Shown here in pieces: positions 9,036-18,105 of a DNA stretch of 24,000 nucleotides. Made by a program: the position numbers and the translations under genes. The DNA is from Parvibaculaceae bacterium (lineage in GTDB: Bacteria; Pseudomonadota; Alphaproteobacteria; Rhizobiales; Aestuariivirgaceae). The stretch lies in contig JBFXDI010000022.1 of the NCBI GenBank assembly GCA_050181295.1, positions 210 to 24,209 of the forward strand, read 5' to 3'. The notes below the pieces were generated by a model, which saw only the letters and a program-made list of their open reading frames with translations, had not been told where the DNA came from and did not search any database. Numbering within the stretch: position 1 is the first letter of the stretch; the number at the start of each line of letters is the position of its first letter.

Positions 9036-11228
9036 ATGCCGCGCGATCCTAGGCACGATCCGCTGTTCGAGCCGATCCGCATCGGGCCGAAGACGCTCAA
9101 GAACCGTTTCTACCAGGTGCCGCAATGCACCGGCGCGGGCGTCCTGAAGCCCGGCTCGAATGCCATGCACCGGGCCGTGAAGGCGGAAGGCGGCTGGGCC
9201 GCGCTCTGCACCGAGTCCTGCTCCATCCATCCGGAGGTGAACCAGTCGACCTCGACCTGCACCACGCTCTGGGACGAGGGCGACGTCATCAACCACCGCT
9301 ACATGACCGACGAGGTGCACAGATGGGGTGCGCTCGCCGGCGTGGAGCTCGGCGCGGGCGGCGTGAAGGACAATCTCGCGACCCGCTATGTCGCCGCGGC
9401 ATTCGACCGCTTCCCCTCGTCGGGCGTTCCCAAGGTCTATACCTACGAGGCCGACGCCGACGACATCCGGCGCGTCATGCGGATGTATGACGAGGCAGGC
9501 CGGCGCGCCGTCGATGCGGGGTTCGACATCCTCTATATCCACGGCGCTGCGGGGGTGTTCCCGGCGCATGCGCTGTCGCGGCGCTTCAACCGCCGCACCG
9601 ACGGCTATGGCGGCGCCTTCGAGAACCGGGCGCGCTTCTGGGTGGAGGCGCTCGAAACCCTGAAGCGGGTCGCGGGCAACGAGTGCGCCATCGCCACCCG
9701 GCTTGCGATCGATGATCTCGCCGGGCCCTGGGGCATCGAGATGTTCGACGAGGGCCTGCGCTGGGTCGAATATGCCGAAAAGCTGGGGCTCGTGGACCTC
9801 TGGGACATCATCGTGGGAGGCGCCGGCCACGACGCCTGGGGCGAGGATTCAGGCCCCTCGCGCTTTTACAAGAGCAACCACCAGGCCCCCTGGAACCGCG
9901 AGGTCAAGAAGATCGCCAGGGCGCCGGTCGTGGGCGTCGGCCGCTTCACCGACCCGGACGAGATGGTGCGGGTGCTGAAATCCGGGCAGCTCGACATCAT
10001 CGGCTGCGCCAGGCCCTCGATCGCCGATCCCTGGCTGCCGCGCAAGATCGACGAAGGGCGCGTCGACGACATCGTCGAGTGCATCGGCTGCAACATGTGC
10101 GTCTCGCGCTTCAACCTCAACAGTACCATCATCTGCACCCAGAACCCGACCGCCCTGGAGGAATACCGCCGCGGCTGGCATCCGGAAAAATTCGCAATCA
10201 CGAAGAGCCCGTCCAACGTGCTTGTGGTCGGCGCCGGGCCCTCAGGGATGGAATGCGCGCGCGTGCTGGCGCTCCGGGGCTACAGCGTCGATCTCTGCGA
10301 GTCGGATGAGACGCTGGGCGGGCATCTCCGCGATGTCGTCAAGCTGCCGGGGCTCTCGGAGTGGAACCGCGTCGTCACCTATCGCGAGACGCAGCTTTCG
10401 CGCATGGCGAACGTCAACATCCTGCGCGGCGCGGGCCATGTGACGGCGGAGGACATCCTCGACTACGGCGCCTCGCGCGTTGTGCTGGCGACTGGCGCCC
10501 GCTGGGTTGGGAACGGCCTCGGCGCTTCGGGGCCGGACCCCATTCCGGGCGTCGATGCAGGCCTTTCCCATTGTGTGACGCCGGACCAATTCTTCGCCGG
10601 CAAGGCGATCGGCGAAAGGGTCCTCATCCTCGACTCCGACGGCTACTACATGGCGTCCAGCATCGCCGAGGTGCTGGCGGATCAGGGCCGCGAGGTAACG
10701 ATCCTCACCCATCTCGACATGGTGGCGCCCATGATGGATCTGACGCTCGAGAGCCACAACTTCCGCAGGCTCATGCGCGAGAAGAACATCCGCGAGCGCA
10801 CCGGCCACTGGGTCGAGAAGATCCATGCCACCAACCATGGCGTCGAGGTGACGATCTACGATCTGCACCGCGACGGCTCGCTCCGAACCGCCGAGCCTGC
10901 CAAGGGCGTCTATCCGCGCAGGCTCGGCGACGCGGTCGAGGTGCTCGAATGCGACACGGTCCTGCTTTGCACGGCACGGGAGTCGAACGACGGGCTCTAC
11001 CGTGGCCTCGCGGCGCGCCGCGGCGAGTGGCGCGACAGGGGCATCGACGCCGTCGTGCGCTCCGGCGATTGCCTTGCGCCCCGCTATCTCGCCGACGCCA
11101 TCTTCGACGGACACCGCATCGCCCGCGAATTCGAGGACGAGAACCCGGAGCGCCCGCGCGCCATCATTCGCGAGCGCCAGGTCTGGGGGCACGAGGTCTA
11201 TCCGAAGATCGGCGATCGGGTTCTCTAG
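9036..11228 (+). CDS. Trimethylamine/dimethylamine/histamine-dehydrogenase-family FMN, 4Fe-4S and ADP-binding flavoprotein; substrate unknown
   Basis: 730 aa. The N-terminus MPRDPRHDPLFEPIRIGPKTLKNRFYQVPQCTGAG closely parallels my recollection of Methylophilus TMADH ([34 protein letters not shown]). The cysteine sits at the 6-S-cysteinyl-FMN position (codon 31, 9126..9128). There is a 4Fe-4S motif CIGCNMC-x11-C (10080..10136), a GxGxxG motif (VVGAGPSGMECA) and a C-terminal block GDCLAPRYLADAIFDGHRIAREFE. A GAGGTGA ribosome-binding site lies inside the ridA 3' end. Confidence 0.88.
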   Translation: MPRDPRHDPLFEPIRIGPKTLKNRFYQVPQCTGAGVLKPGSNAMHRAVKAEGGWAALCTESCSIHPEVNQSTSTCTTLWDEGDVINHRYMTDEVHRWGALAGVELGAGGVKDNLATRYVAAAFDRFPSSGVPKVYTYEADADDIRRVMRMYDEAGRRAVDAGFDILYIHGAAGVFPAHALSRRFNRRTDGYGGAFENRARFWVEALETLKRVAGNECAIATRLAIDDLAGPWGIEMFDEGLRWVEYAEKLGLVDLWDIIVGGAGHDAWGEDSGPSRFYKSNHQAPWNREVKKIARAPVVGVGRFTDPDEMVRVLKSGQLDIIGCARPSIADPWLPRKIDEGRVDDIVECIGCNMCVSRFNLNSTIICTQNPTALEEYRRGWHPEKFAITKSPSNVLVVGAGPSGMECARVLALRGYSVDLCESDETLGGHLRDVVKLPGLSEWNRVVTYRETQLSRMANVNILRGAGHVTAEDILDYGASRVVLATGARWVGNGLGASGPDPIPGVDAGLSHCVTPDQFFAGKAIGERVLILDSDGYYMASSIAEVLADQGREVTILTHLDMVAPMMDLTLESHNFRRLMREKNIRERTGHWVEKIHATNHGVEVTIYDLHRDGSLRTAEPAKGVYPRRLGDAVEVLECDTVLLCTARESNDGLYRGLAARRGEWRDRGIDAVVRSGDCLAPRYLADAIFDGHRIAREFEDENPERPRAIIRERQVWGHEVYPKIGDRVL

Positions 11229-11276
11229 AGCATGATCCGGAAAAGTGTGAAGCACTTTTCCGACAAGATCATGCTC
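11228..11276. repeat. REP-like nested palindromic intergenic element
   Basis: The outer arms GAGCATGATC (11228..11237) and GATCATGCTC (11267..11276) are perfect. The inner arms CGGAAAAGTG (11238..11247) and CACTTTTCCG (11253..11262) are also perfect. The loop is TGAAG and there is a 4-nt bulge, ACAA. The spurious translations (HDPEKCEALFRQDHAQ and MILSEKCFTLFRIML) match a motif I recall from many small bogus ORFs in Rhizobiales and Bradyrhizobiaceae intergenic repeats. Confidence 0.7.
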
Positions 11277-11290
11277 AACTTGTTGGAATC

Positions 11291-11338
11291 GATCACGTTC
11301 ATCCATCCGGGTCGATTCAACCCGGATGGATCGTGATC
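11291..11338. repeat. Second intergenic hairpin, adjacent to the REP-like element
   Basis: The structure is GATCACG-TTC-ATCCATCCGGGT (11291..11312), loop CGATTCA, then ACCCGGATGGAT-CGTGATC (11320..11338). This gives a 12-bp perfect core plus a 7-bp outer stem with a 3-nt bulge. Confidence 0.65.
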
Positions 11339-11353
11339 TAGGGAAGGGGCGTC

Positions 11354-12070
11354 ATGACCGCTGCACCGCTTTCGGCCGACACGCGCGAACTGCTGCGCAG
11401 GATCGGGACCGCAACGCTGACCTCGCAGCTCATGGCGAGAGGCCTGCGCAATACCTTCATGCAGAACGTCGGGCTTCTTACCGGCTGCCGCCGGCGGATG
11501 GTGGGCGAGGCCTTCACGCTCCGCTACATCCCCTCGCGCGAGGATATCGACGTGTCGGCCGTGTTCGAAAACCGCGAGCACCCGCAAAGGAAGGCTGTCG
11601 AGACCATCCCGGCAGGCCATGTCATGGTCATCGACTGCCGCCAGGACAAGCGGGCGGCCGGCGCGGGCAGCATCCTTGTCGCGCGCATGATGATGCGGGG
11701 CGCGGAGGGCGTGGTGACCGATGGCGGCTTGCGCGACACGCCGATGATCGAGGAGATGGACTTCCCCGTCTACTGCGCCGGCCGGGCCGCGCCGACCAAC
11801 CTGACCCGTCACCATGCAGTCGATATCAATGTGCCGGTCGGATGCGGCGAGGTTCCGGTCTATCCGGGCGATATCGTCGTGGGCGACAGGGAGGGCGTGG
11901 TCGTCATTCCGCGTCATTTGGCCGACGAGGTGGCGCGCGATGGCGCCGAGCAGACGCTGTTCGAGGACTTCGTGGCCGAGCGGGTGAGGGGAGGGGCATC
12001 GACGTTCGGCCTCTACCCGCCGAACGAGGACTCTCTGAAGGCGTTCGAGGCGTGGAGGCGGAGCCGCTAG
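11354..12070 (+). CDS. RraA-family protein (HMG/CHA-aldolase or oxaloacetate-decarboxylase-like)
   Basis: 238 aa with RraA-family blocks (VMVIDCRQDKRAAGAGSILVARMMMRGAEGVVTDGGLRDTPMIEEMDFPVYC and GDIVVGDREGVVVIPRH). GGAAGGGG lies upstream of the ATG. Confidence 0.85.
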   Translation: MTAAPLSADTRELLRRIGTATLTSQLMARGLRNTFMQNVGLLTGCRRRMVGEAFTLRYIPSREDIDVSAVFENREHPQRKAVETIPAGHVMVIDCRQDKRAAGAGSILVARMMMRGAEGVVTDGGLRDTPMIEEMDFPVYCAGRAAPTNLTRHHAVDINVPVGCGEVPVYPGDIVVGDREGVVVIPRHLADEVARDGAEQTLFEDFVAERVRGGASTFGLYPPNEDSLKAFEAWRRSR

Positions 12071-12074
12071 AACG

Positions 12075-12092
12075 ACGCCGGAATGCCGGCGT
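12075..12092. terminator. Short hairpin between the convergent RraA-like gene and kdpE; possible bidirectional terminator
   Basis: ACGCCGG (12075..12081), loop AATG, CCGGCGT (12086..12092). There is no flanking T-tract on either strand, so support is weak. Confidence 0.3.
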
Positions 12093-12116
12093 AGCGGCAG
12101 CGATTGGTACTCATCT

Positions 12117-12803
12117 TCAGCCTGTCCAGAACCTGTAGCCTACGCCAGGCTCGGTGAGGATGATCTTCGGATCGGCCGGGTCGCGCTCGATCTTGCCGCG
12201 CACCTGGCCGATGAAGACACGCAGGTAGTGGATGTCGTCGGCATGCGCAGGCCCCCAGACGGAGGTGAGCAGCGTGCGGTGAGTCACGACACGACCGGCA
12301 TGCTTGGCGAGCATGAGCACAAGGTCATATTCCTTGGGCGTGAGATGCACTGCCGCGCCATCGCGTGTGACGAGCCGCCTGACGACATCGATTTCGAGCC
12401 CGTCGATGGAGACACTTGTCTCGCCTCCATCGGCCTGGGTCCCGTGGCGAAGCGCGGTGCGAATACGCGCCGTCAATTCGCCGATGCCGAAAGGCTTCTC
12501 GATATAGTCGTCCGCCCCGAGGTCGAGCGCCTCGATCTTCTCCGCCTCGCGGTCGCGGGCGGAAAGCACGATGACCGGGATCTTCGACCAGCCGCGGAGG
12601 TTCTGCACCACCGCCTTGCCGTCCATGTCTGGCAGTCCCAAGTCGAGGATGACGAGATCCGGCGCCGCGGTCGCCAGCGCCTTCAGCGCCGAGGCGCCAT
12701 CGCCGGCCTGCACCACCTCGTAGCCCGCGGCCGTGAGAGCGGGCTTGAGGAAACGCTGGATCTGCGGCTCGTCGTCCACCACCAGGATGCGCGTGCCGGT
12801 CAT
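12117..12803 (-). CDS. kdpE: KdpE, OmpR-family response regulator of the kdp operon
   Basis: 228 aa with a receiver domain (ILVVDDEPQI, DLVILDLGLPDMDG, VIVLSAR) and a winged-helix domain (LTPKEYDLVLMLAKHAGRVVTHRTLL, TEPGVGYRF). Its start overlaps the kdpD stop codon (ATGA). Confidence 0.95.
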   Translation of the reverse strand: MTGTRILVVDDEPQIQRFLKPALTAAGYEVVQAGDGASALKALATAAPDLVILDLGLPDMDGKAVVQNLRGWSKIPVIVLSARDREAEKIEALDLGADDYIEKPFGIGELTARIRTALRHGTQADGGETSVSIDGLEIDVVRRLVTRDGAAVHLTPKEYDLVLMLAKHAGRVVTHRTLLTSVWGPAHADDIHYLRVFIGQVRGKIERDPADPKIILTEPGVGYRFWTG

Positions 12804-15484
12804 TCGGCCCTCGCCTGCGGCTGGGGCTCTACCGGAAATCGAAGGTTGACGCGCGTGCCGCGTCGCTTGTGGGCGGGGCTTTCGGCCCTGATGGTGCCGC
12901 CCATCGCCTCGACGAAACCCTTCGCGATGGCGAGGCCGAGGCCGGTCCCGGGCGCGCGGCCGTCGCCCCTGCCTCGCCGGAAGAATTTTTCGAAGACGCG
13001 CTCGAGATCCTTCGGCGGAATGCCCTTGCCCATGTCGACGACGGAGATCACCGCCTCGCCCTTCTCCGCCCGCGCATAGATAGAGACCGGCTCGGACCCG
13101 CCATACTTATTGGCGTTGTCGAGGAGGTTGAAGAGGACCTGGCCCAGGAGCACGCTGTCGCCGCGGATCAGGGGAAGCTCCGTCGCGAGGTTGAGGTCGA
13201 TCTGCTGGCCGGGAAATGTCTTGCGGGCCTGCTGCGCGGCGCTTCGCACGACGTCGGCGACGTCGATCCAGTCGCGCCGCGCCTCGATTACGCCGGCATC
13301 GATGCGGGTCATGTCGAGAAGATTAGCGAGGAATCGCGTCAGCCGGCTGCTTTCCTCCTCGATCGAGGCGAGAAGGTCGTCGCGGTTCCGGGCGCTCATG
13401 CGGCTGCCGAGCTGGCGAAGGCTCGTCACCGCGCCGGTGATGGTGGCAAGCGGGGTCTTCAGGTCGTGCGAGACCGAGGCCAGCAGGGCGGCGCGGAAGC
13501 GGGCGCTTTCGAGCGCCGTCGCCTGCTCCAGGCTGGCCTTGGAGAGCCGCGCCCGGTCGATGGCTATCGCCGCCTGATCGAGGATGGTGGCGAGCGTCCG
13601 GTCCTCGGCGCTGTCGAGGGGCCGCTCGCTCTCGTCTATGCCGCAGACGCCGATGACGCCACGCGGCGTGGCGAGCGGCAGGAAGCCCAGGCTGCTGTTG
13701 GGGAGCGTCCCGGTGCCGTGGCCGGCCGGCTCGTTCTTCTGGAAGGCCCAGCGCGCGGCCGTCATCTCGGCCACGCCGAGATCGGTATCGGGTGGCCAGG
13801 CGGTGGTGAGCTGCAGGTCGCCGGCCTCGCCCATGAGCAGCACGACCTTGCGGTTGAGCAGGGCCTGGAGCTGGGTGGCGACGACCCACATGACGTCGTC
13901 CGTCTTCACGGCGCCCGAGAGCTTGCGGGAGAAATCGTAGAGCTTCTGGGTGGCGACGGCGCGGTCGGCGGAGATCTTGAGCTGCTCGCGCAGCCGCGAG
14001 GCGACGCCGCCGCCGAGAATTGCGGCCGCCAGAAAGATGAGAAGCGCGAACACCTCGTGCGGCCGCGCGATTGTCAGCGTGTTCACGGGATCGATGAAGA
14101 AGAAGTTGTAGGCGACGGCCGATAGGATCGAGGCGGCGATCGCCGCGAGGTAGCCCGAAGCGATCGCGGAGGCGAGAACCGCCAGGAGATAGATGATCGA
14201 TACATTCGGCAGATCGACAAAGGATTCGATCGCAAGACCCGCGAGCGTCGCCAGCGCGACCGAGACGAACGCCACCGCTATGTTGCTCAGGATATTCCTG
14301 GGCGACGGCCTCGCCCATTGAAGGGTGCGCCGCGGCGGGTCCGCTTCGGCGGTGACGACATGGACACCGATGCCCCTCGCGCGCTCCATCACGGCTTCCG
14401 GCAGCGACTGGCCGGCGAGCTTCGCCAGCAGGGAGCGACGCGGCGCGCCGATGACGATCTGGGTCACGTGCTCGCGTCGGGCAAGCTTCAGGATCTCCTC
14501 CACGAAGTCGCGGCCTTTCACCCGCCGCGTTTCCGCGCCGAGCCGTTCCGCGAGCCGGAAGGTCTCGTCGAGACGACGACCCTCGGCAGGGTCCGGGGCG
14601 GACGAGCTGCGCTCTACCGAAACCACGAGCCAGCGCGCGTTGAGGCCGGAGGCAAGCCGGCTCGCTGTCCGCACCACCTTCTCCGACAGCATATCGGGAC
14701 CGATGCAGACCAGGAGCCGCTCGGCCGAAAGCCAGGGGCCCTCGATGGCGTTCTGCTTGACGTAGTCCACCACCTGGTCGTCCACGCGGTCGGCCGCGCG
14801 GCGGAGCGCCAGGTCGCGCAGCGCCGTCAGGTTGCCGAGGCGGAAATAGCTCTCCGTCGCGCGCCGGGCGTTCTCGGGCAGATAGACCTTGCCTTCGGCG
14901 AGCCGCTGGATCAGCTCGGTCGGCGGCAGGTCGATCAGGATGACGTCGTCCGCCTGCTTGAGCACGGTGTCTGGCACCTGCTCGCGCACCGGCACGCCGG
15001 TGATCTGGCCTACGACGTCGGAAAGGCTCTCGAGATGCTGGATGTTGAGGGCCGTCCAGACATCGATGCCGGCGGCCAGCAGCTCCTCGATGTCCTGATG
15101 GCGCTTGGGATGCCGGCTGTCCGGAGCGTTGCTGTGGGCAAGCTCGTCAAGCACGAGGATCGCCGGCTTGCGCGCCAGCGCCGCGTCCAGGTCGAATTCC
15201 TCGATCGTGTGGTCGCGATAGGCGACGGACCGGCGCGGGATGAGCTCGAGCCCTCCCAGGAGCTCGGCGGTTTCGCTTCGCCCATGCGTCTCCGCGAGGC
15301 CGATGACGATATCGGCGCCCTCGGCCTTCCGGCGCCTGGCGCGCGTCAGCATGGCGTAGGTTTTGCCGACACCCGGCGCTGCGCCCAGGAAGATCGTCAG
15401 CCGGCCGCGTCCAGGACGGCCCGCGAGCGTCAGAAGCGCATCCGGATCCGCGCGAATCTCGTCCAGGGTATCGCTGTTGGGCAT
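12800..15484 (-). CDS. kdpD: KdpD sensor histidine kinase
   Basis: Track ORF 12800..15532. I prefer the ATG at 15484 (MPNSDTLDEIRADPDALL), which has GGAG 5 nt upstream, lies 10 nt after the kdpC stop codon and gives 894 aa. The protein has the KdpD N-terminal P-loop (GAAPGVGKTYAM), four central TM helices, an H-box (SHDLKTPLATI), an N-box (LLDNANKY) and a G-box (GTGLGLAIAKG). Confidence 0.95.
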   Translation of the reverse strand: MPNSDTLDEIRADPDALLTLAGRPGRGRLTIFLGAAPGVGKTYAMLTRARRRKAEGADIVIGLAETHGRSETAELLGGLELIPRRSVAYRDHTIEEFDLDAALARKPAILVLDELAHSNAPDSRHPKRHQDIEELLAAGIDVWTALNIQHLESLSDVVGQITGVPVREQVPDTVLKQADDVILIDLPPTELIQRLAEGKVYLPENARRATESYFRLGNLTALRDLALRRAADRVDDQVVDYVKQNAIEGPWLSAERLLVCIGPDMLSEKVVRTASRLASGLNARWLVVSVERSSSAPDPAEGRRLDETFRLAERLGAETRRVKGRDFVEEILKLARREHVTQIVIGAPRRSLLAKLAGQSLPEAVMERARGIGVHVVTAEADPPRRTLQWARPSPRNILSNIAVAFVSVALATLAGLAIESFVDLPNVSIIYLLAVLASAIASGYLAAIAASILSAVAYNFFFIDPVNTLTIARPHEVFALLIFLAAAILGGGVASRLREQLKISADRAVATQKLYDFSRKLSGAVKTDDVMWVVATQLQALLNRKVVLLMGEAGDLQLTTAWPPDTDLGVAEMTAARWAFQKNEPAGHGTGTLPNSSLGFLPLATPRGVIGVCGIDESERPLDSAEDRTLATILDQAAIAIDRARLSKASLEQATALESARFRAALLASVSHDLKTPLATITGAVTSLRQLGSRMSARNRDDLLASIEEESSRLTRFLANLLDMTRIDAGVIEARRDWIDVADVVRSAAQQARKTFPGQQIDLNLATELPLIRGDSVLLGQVLFNLLDNANKYGGSEPVSIYARAEKGEAVISVVDMGKGIPPKDLERVFEKFFRRGRGDGRAPGTGLGLAIAKGFVEAMGGTIRAESPAHKRRGTRVNLRFPVEPQPQARAE

Positions 15485-15494
15485 GGTCTCCAGT

Positions 15495-16067
15495 TTAGGG
15501 CTTTGCGGCGTCCAGCGCGAGGTTGAGGACAAGGACGTTGACCCGGGGCTCGCCGATGAAGCCGAGAAGCCTCTCCTCGGTATGCTGCCTGACCAGTGCC
15601 GAAAGCTCTTCCACGGGCATTCCGCGTGCGGCGGCGACCCGCGCCACCTGGGCTTCCGCGAAGGCCGGCGAGATGTGGGGGTCGAGGCCGGAGCCGGAGG
15701 CGGTCACGGAATCGGCCGGAAGGTCGCCGGCCAGACCCGCGCCACGCAGGCGCTCGACATCGGTCGTCACCCGGTCCTTCAGCTTCTGGGAGGTGGCGCC
15801 CAGATTGGAGCCGCTCGAGGCGCCTGCGTCGTAGCCGTTGCCTGCCGCGGAAGGGCGGGGCCAGAAGTAGCGGTCGGAGGTGAAGGCCTGGCCAATGAGC
15901 GAGGAGCCGATCACGGTATCGCCCTTGCGCAGGAGGCTGCCATTGGCGTTGCCGGGCATGGCGAGCTGCGCCACGCCGGTCATGGCGAGGGGAAAGGTGA
16001 GCCCGAGCAGCAGCGTGAAGAGGACGATCAGGACGAGGGCAGGGCGGAGATGGGAGAGCATGGTCAC
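15495..16067 (-). CDS. kdpC: KdpC subunit of the K+-transporting P-type ATPase
   Basis: 190 aa with an N-terminal TM helix ([25 protein letters not shown]) and conserved blocks ([19 protein letters not shown]). The start is either GTG at 16067, which overlaps the kdpB stop codon as GTGA, or ATG at 16061. Confidence 0.93.
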   Translation of the reverse strand: MTMLSHLRPALVLIVLFTLLLGLTFPLAMTGVAQLAMPGNANGSLLRKGDTVIGSSLIGQAFTSDRYFWPRPSAAGNGYDAGASSGSNLGATSQKLKDRVTTDVERLRGAGLAGDLPADSVTASGSGLDPHISPAFAEAQVARVAAARGMPVEELSALVRQHTEERLLGFIGEPRVNVLVLNLALDAAKP

Positions 16068-18091
16068 ACCAGCGAAAGGGCGGAGACGGCGATGTCAATC
16101 AGCTTGATGCCGATGAAGGGCATGACAAGGCCGCCGAGGCCATAAACGAGCAGGTTGCGGCGGAGGAGCGCCGCAGCGCCCACTGGGCGATAGGTGACGC
16201 CCTTCAGCGCGAGGGGGATCAGGGCGATGATGATGAAGGCGTTGAAGATGACGGCCGACAGGATCGCCGAGCGCGGGGAAGAGAGCGCCATGACGTTCAA
16301 GGCAGCAAGCGCCGGATAGGTCGCCAGGAACAGCGCCGGGATGATGGCAAAATATTTTGCGACGTCGTTGGCGATGGAGAAGGTCGTGAGGGAGCCCCGC
16401 GTCATCAGGAGCTGCTTGCCGATCTCAACGATCTCGATGAGCTTGGTCGGACTCGAGTCGAGATCGACCATGTTCGCCGCTTCGCGCGCCGCCTGCGTGC
16501 CGGTCTGCATGGCCACGCCCACGTCCGCTTGGGCTAGCGCCGGCGCATCATTGGTGCCGTCGCCACACATGGCGATGAGGCGCCCGCCCTGCTGCTCCTT
16601 GCGGATGTAAGCGAGCTTCTGCTCGGGCGTTGCCTCGGCCAGGAAGTCGTCGACGCCGGCCTCGGACGCGATTGCCGCGGCGGTGACCGGGTTGTCGCCG
16701 GTCACCATGACCGTGCGGATGCCCATGGCGCGCATCGCCGCGAAGCGCTCCTTGATGCCGGGCTTCACCACGTCCTTGAGGTGGATGACGCCGAGCAGGC
16801 GGCCTCCGTCGGCAACCGCGAGCGGCGTGCCGCCGGTGCGCGCGATCCCGTCGACGGCGCTCCGGAATTCCGCCGGAACCTGGGTCTCGGCGAGGTTCGC
16901 GAAGCGCAAAATGGCGTCGACTGCGCCCTTGCGCAGCTTGCGGCCGCCGATATCCGCGCCCGAAAGCCGTGTCTCGGCCGCAAAGGGCACCACCGTATCC
17001 GGCTCGACCTGCGCGGCCCGGATGGAAAACTCGCCGGTGGCCAGCGCCACGATCGAGCGGCCCTCGGGCGTCTCGTCGCCGAGGCTGGCGAGCATGGCCG
17101 CCTCGGCCAGCTCCTCCGTCCGCACGCCCCGCAGCGGCAGGAAGTCGCTCGCCATGCGGTTGCCGAAGGTGACGGTGCCCGTCTTGTCGAGGAGCAGGGT
17201 GTCGACGTCGCCGGCCGCCTCGACGGCGCGCCCCGAGGTGGCGATGACGTTGAAGCGCACGAGGCGGTCCATGCCGGCGATGCCGATGGCAGACAGGAGC
17301 CCGCCGATGGTGGTCGGGATCAGCGTCACGAACAGCGCCGAGAGCACCGTCACCGACAAGAGCGTGCTGGAATAGCCGGCAAGGCCCCAGAGCGTCACGA
17401 CAGCGACGAGGAATATGAGCGTCAGGCCGGAAAGCAGGATCGAGAGCGCGATCTCGTTCGGTGTCTTCTGCCGCTCCGCCCCCTCGATCAGCGCGATCAT
17501 GCGGTCGACGAAGGAGGAGCCGGGCGCGACGGTGATCTCGATCTTCAGCCAGTCGGAGAGCACCTGCGTGCCGCCAGTGACCGCCGAGCGGTCGCCGCCC
17601 GACTCGCGGATAACGGGCGCGGATTCGCCGGTGATGGCACTCTCGTTGACGGAGGCGATGCCCTCGATGACCTCGCCGTCGCCGGGAATGAGTTCGCCCG
17701 CCGCCACCATCACCACGTCGCCGACCTTGAGATCGGCCGCGGCGACCCGCTCTTCCGCCTCGCCCCTGAACCGGCGGGCGGAGAGCTCGGATCGCGTGCG
17801 CCTGAGGCTGTCGGCCTGGGCCTTGCCGCGGCCTTCGGCGACCGCCTCGGCGAAGGTCGCGAACAGCACCGTGAACCAGAGCCAGGCCGCTATCTGGCCG
17901 GAGAATTCCGGGTTGGCGCCGGTCGTGAGGTCGCACAGGAAAAGGCATGTGACCAGCGCCGCCACGACCTCGGTCACGAAGATCACGGGGTTGCGGACGA
18001 GCTTGCGTGGATCGAGCTTGACGAACGCTTGGCCGAGCGCTGGCACGAGGATCGCGGGGTCGAACAGCTTGTGGGTGATGGCCGTGGCCAT
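16064..18091 (-). CDS. kdpB: KdpB catalytic P-type ATPase subunit
   Basis: 675 aa with the P-type motifs TGES (AITGESAPV), DKTGT ([13 protein letters not shown]), MVTGDN and [10 protein letters not shown]. Confidence 0.97.
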   Translation of the reverse strand: MATAITHKLFDPAILVPALGQAFVKLDPRKLVRNPVIFVTEVVAALVTCLFLCDLTTGANPEFSGQIAAWLWFTVLFATFAEAVAEGRGKAQADSLRRTRSELSARRFRGEAEERVAAADLKVGDVVMVAAGELIPGDGEVIEGIASVNESAITGESAPVIRESGGDRSAVTGGTQVLSDWLKIEITVAPGSSFVDRMIALIEGAERQKTPNEIALSILLSGLTLIFLVAVVTLWGLAGYSSTLLSVTVLSALFVTLIPTTIGGLLSAIGIAGMDRLVRFNVIATSGRAVEAAGDVDTLLLDKTGTVTFGNRMASDFLPLRGVRTEELAEAAMLASLGDETPEGRSIVALATGEFSIRAAQVEPDTVVPFAAETRLSGADIGGRKLRKGAVDAILRFANLAETQVPAEFRSAVDGIARTGGTPLAVADGGRLLGVIHLKDVVKPGIKERFAAMRAMGIRTVMVTGDNPVTAAAIASEAGVDDFLAEATPEQKLAYIRKEQQGGRLIAMCGDGTNDAPALAQADVGVAMQTGTQAAREAANMVDLDSSPTKLIEIVEIGKQLLMTRGSLTTFSIANDVAKYFAIIPALFLATYPALAALNVMALSSPRSAILSAVIFNAFIIIALIPLALKGVTYRPVGAAALLRRNLLVYGLGGLVMPFIGIKLIDIAVSALSLV

Positions 18092-18105
18092 GGCGGGAAA
18101 ATCCT

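Noticed and set aside
8538-11341. ORFs 8538..9830(-) of 430 aa, 10242..11306(-) of 354 aa and 10361..11341(+) of 326 aa
   Set aside because: They overlap the RidA and TMADH-like genes in antisense or alternative frames. They have no motifs, and the real genes have strong family signatures.
15485-15532. Extended kdpD start at 15532, overlapping kdpC by 38 nt
   Set aside because: The ATG at 15484 has a GGAG Shine-Dalgarno sequence and lies just downstream of the kdpC stop codon. It also gives the canonical length of about 894 aa.
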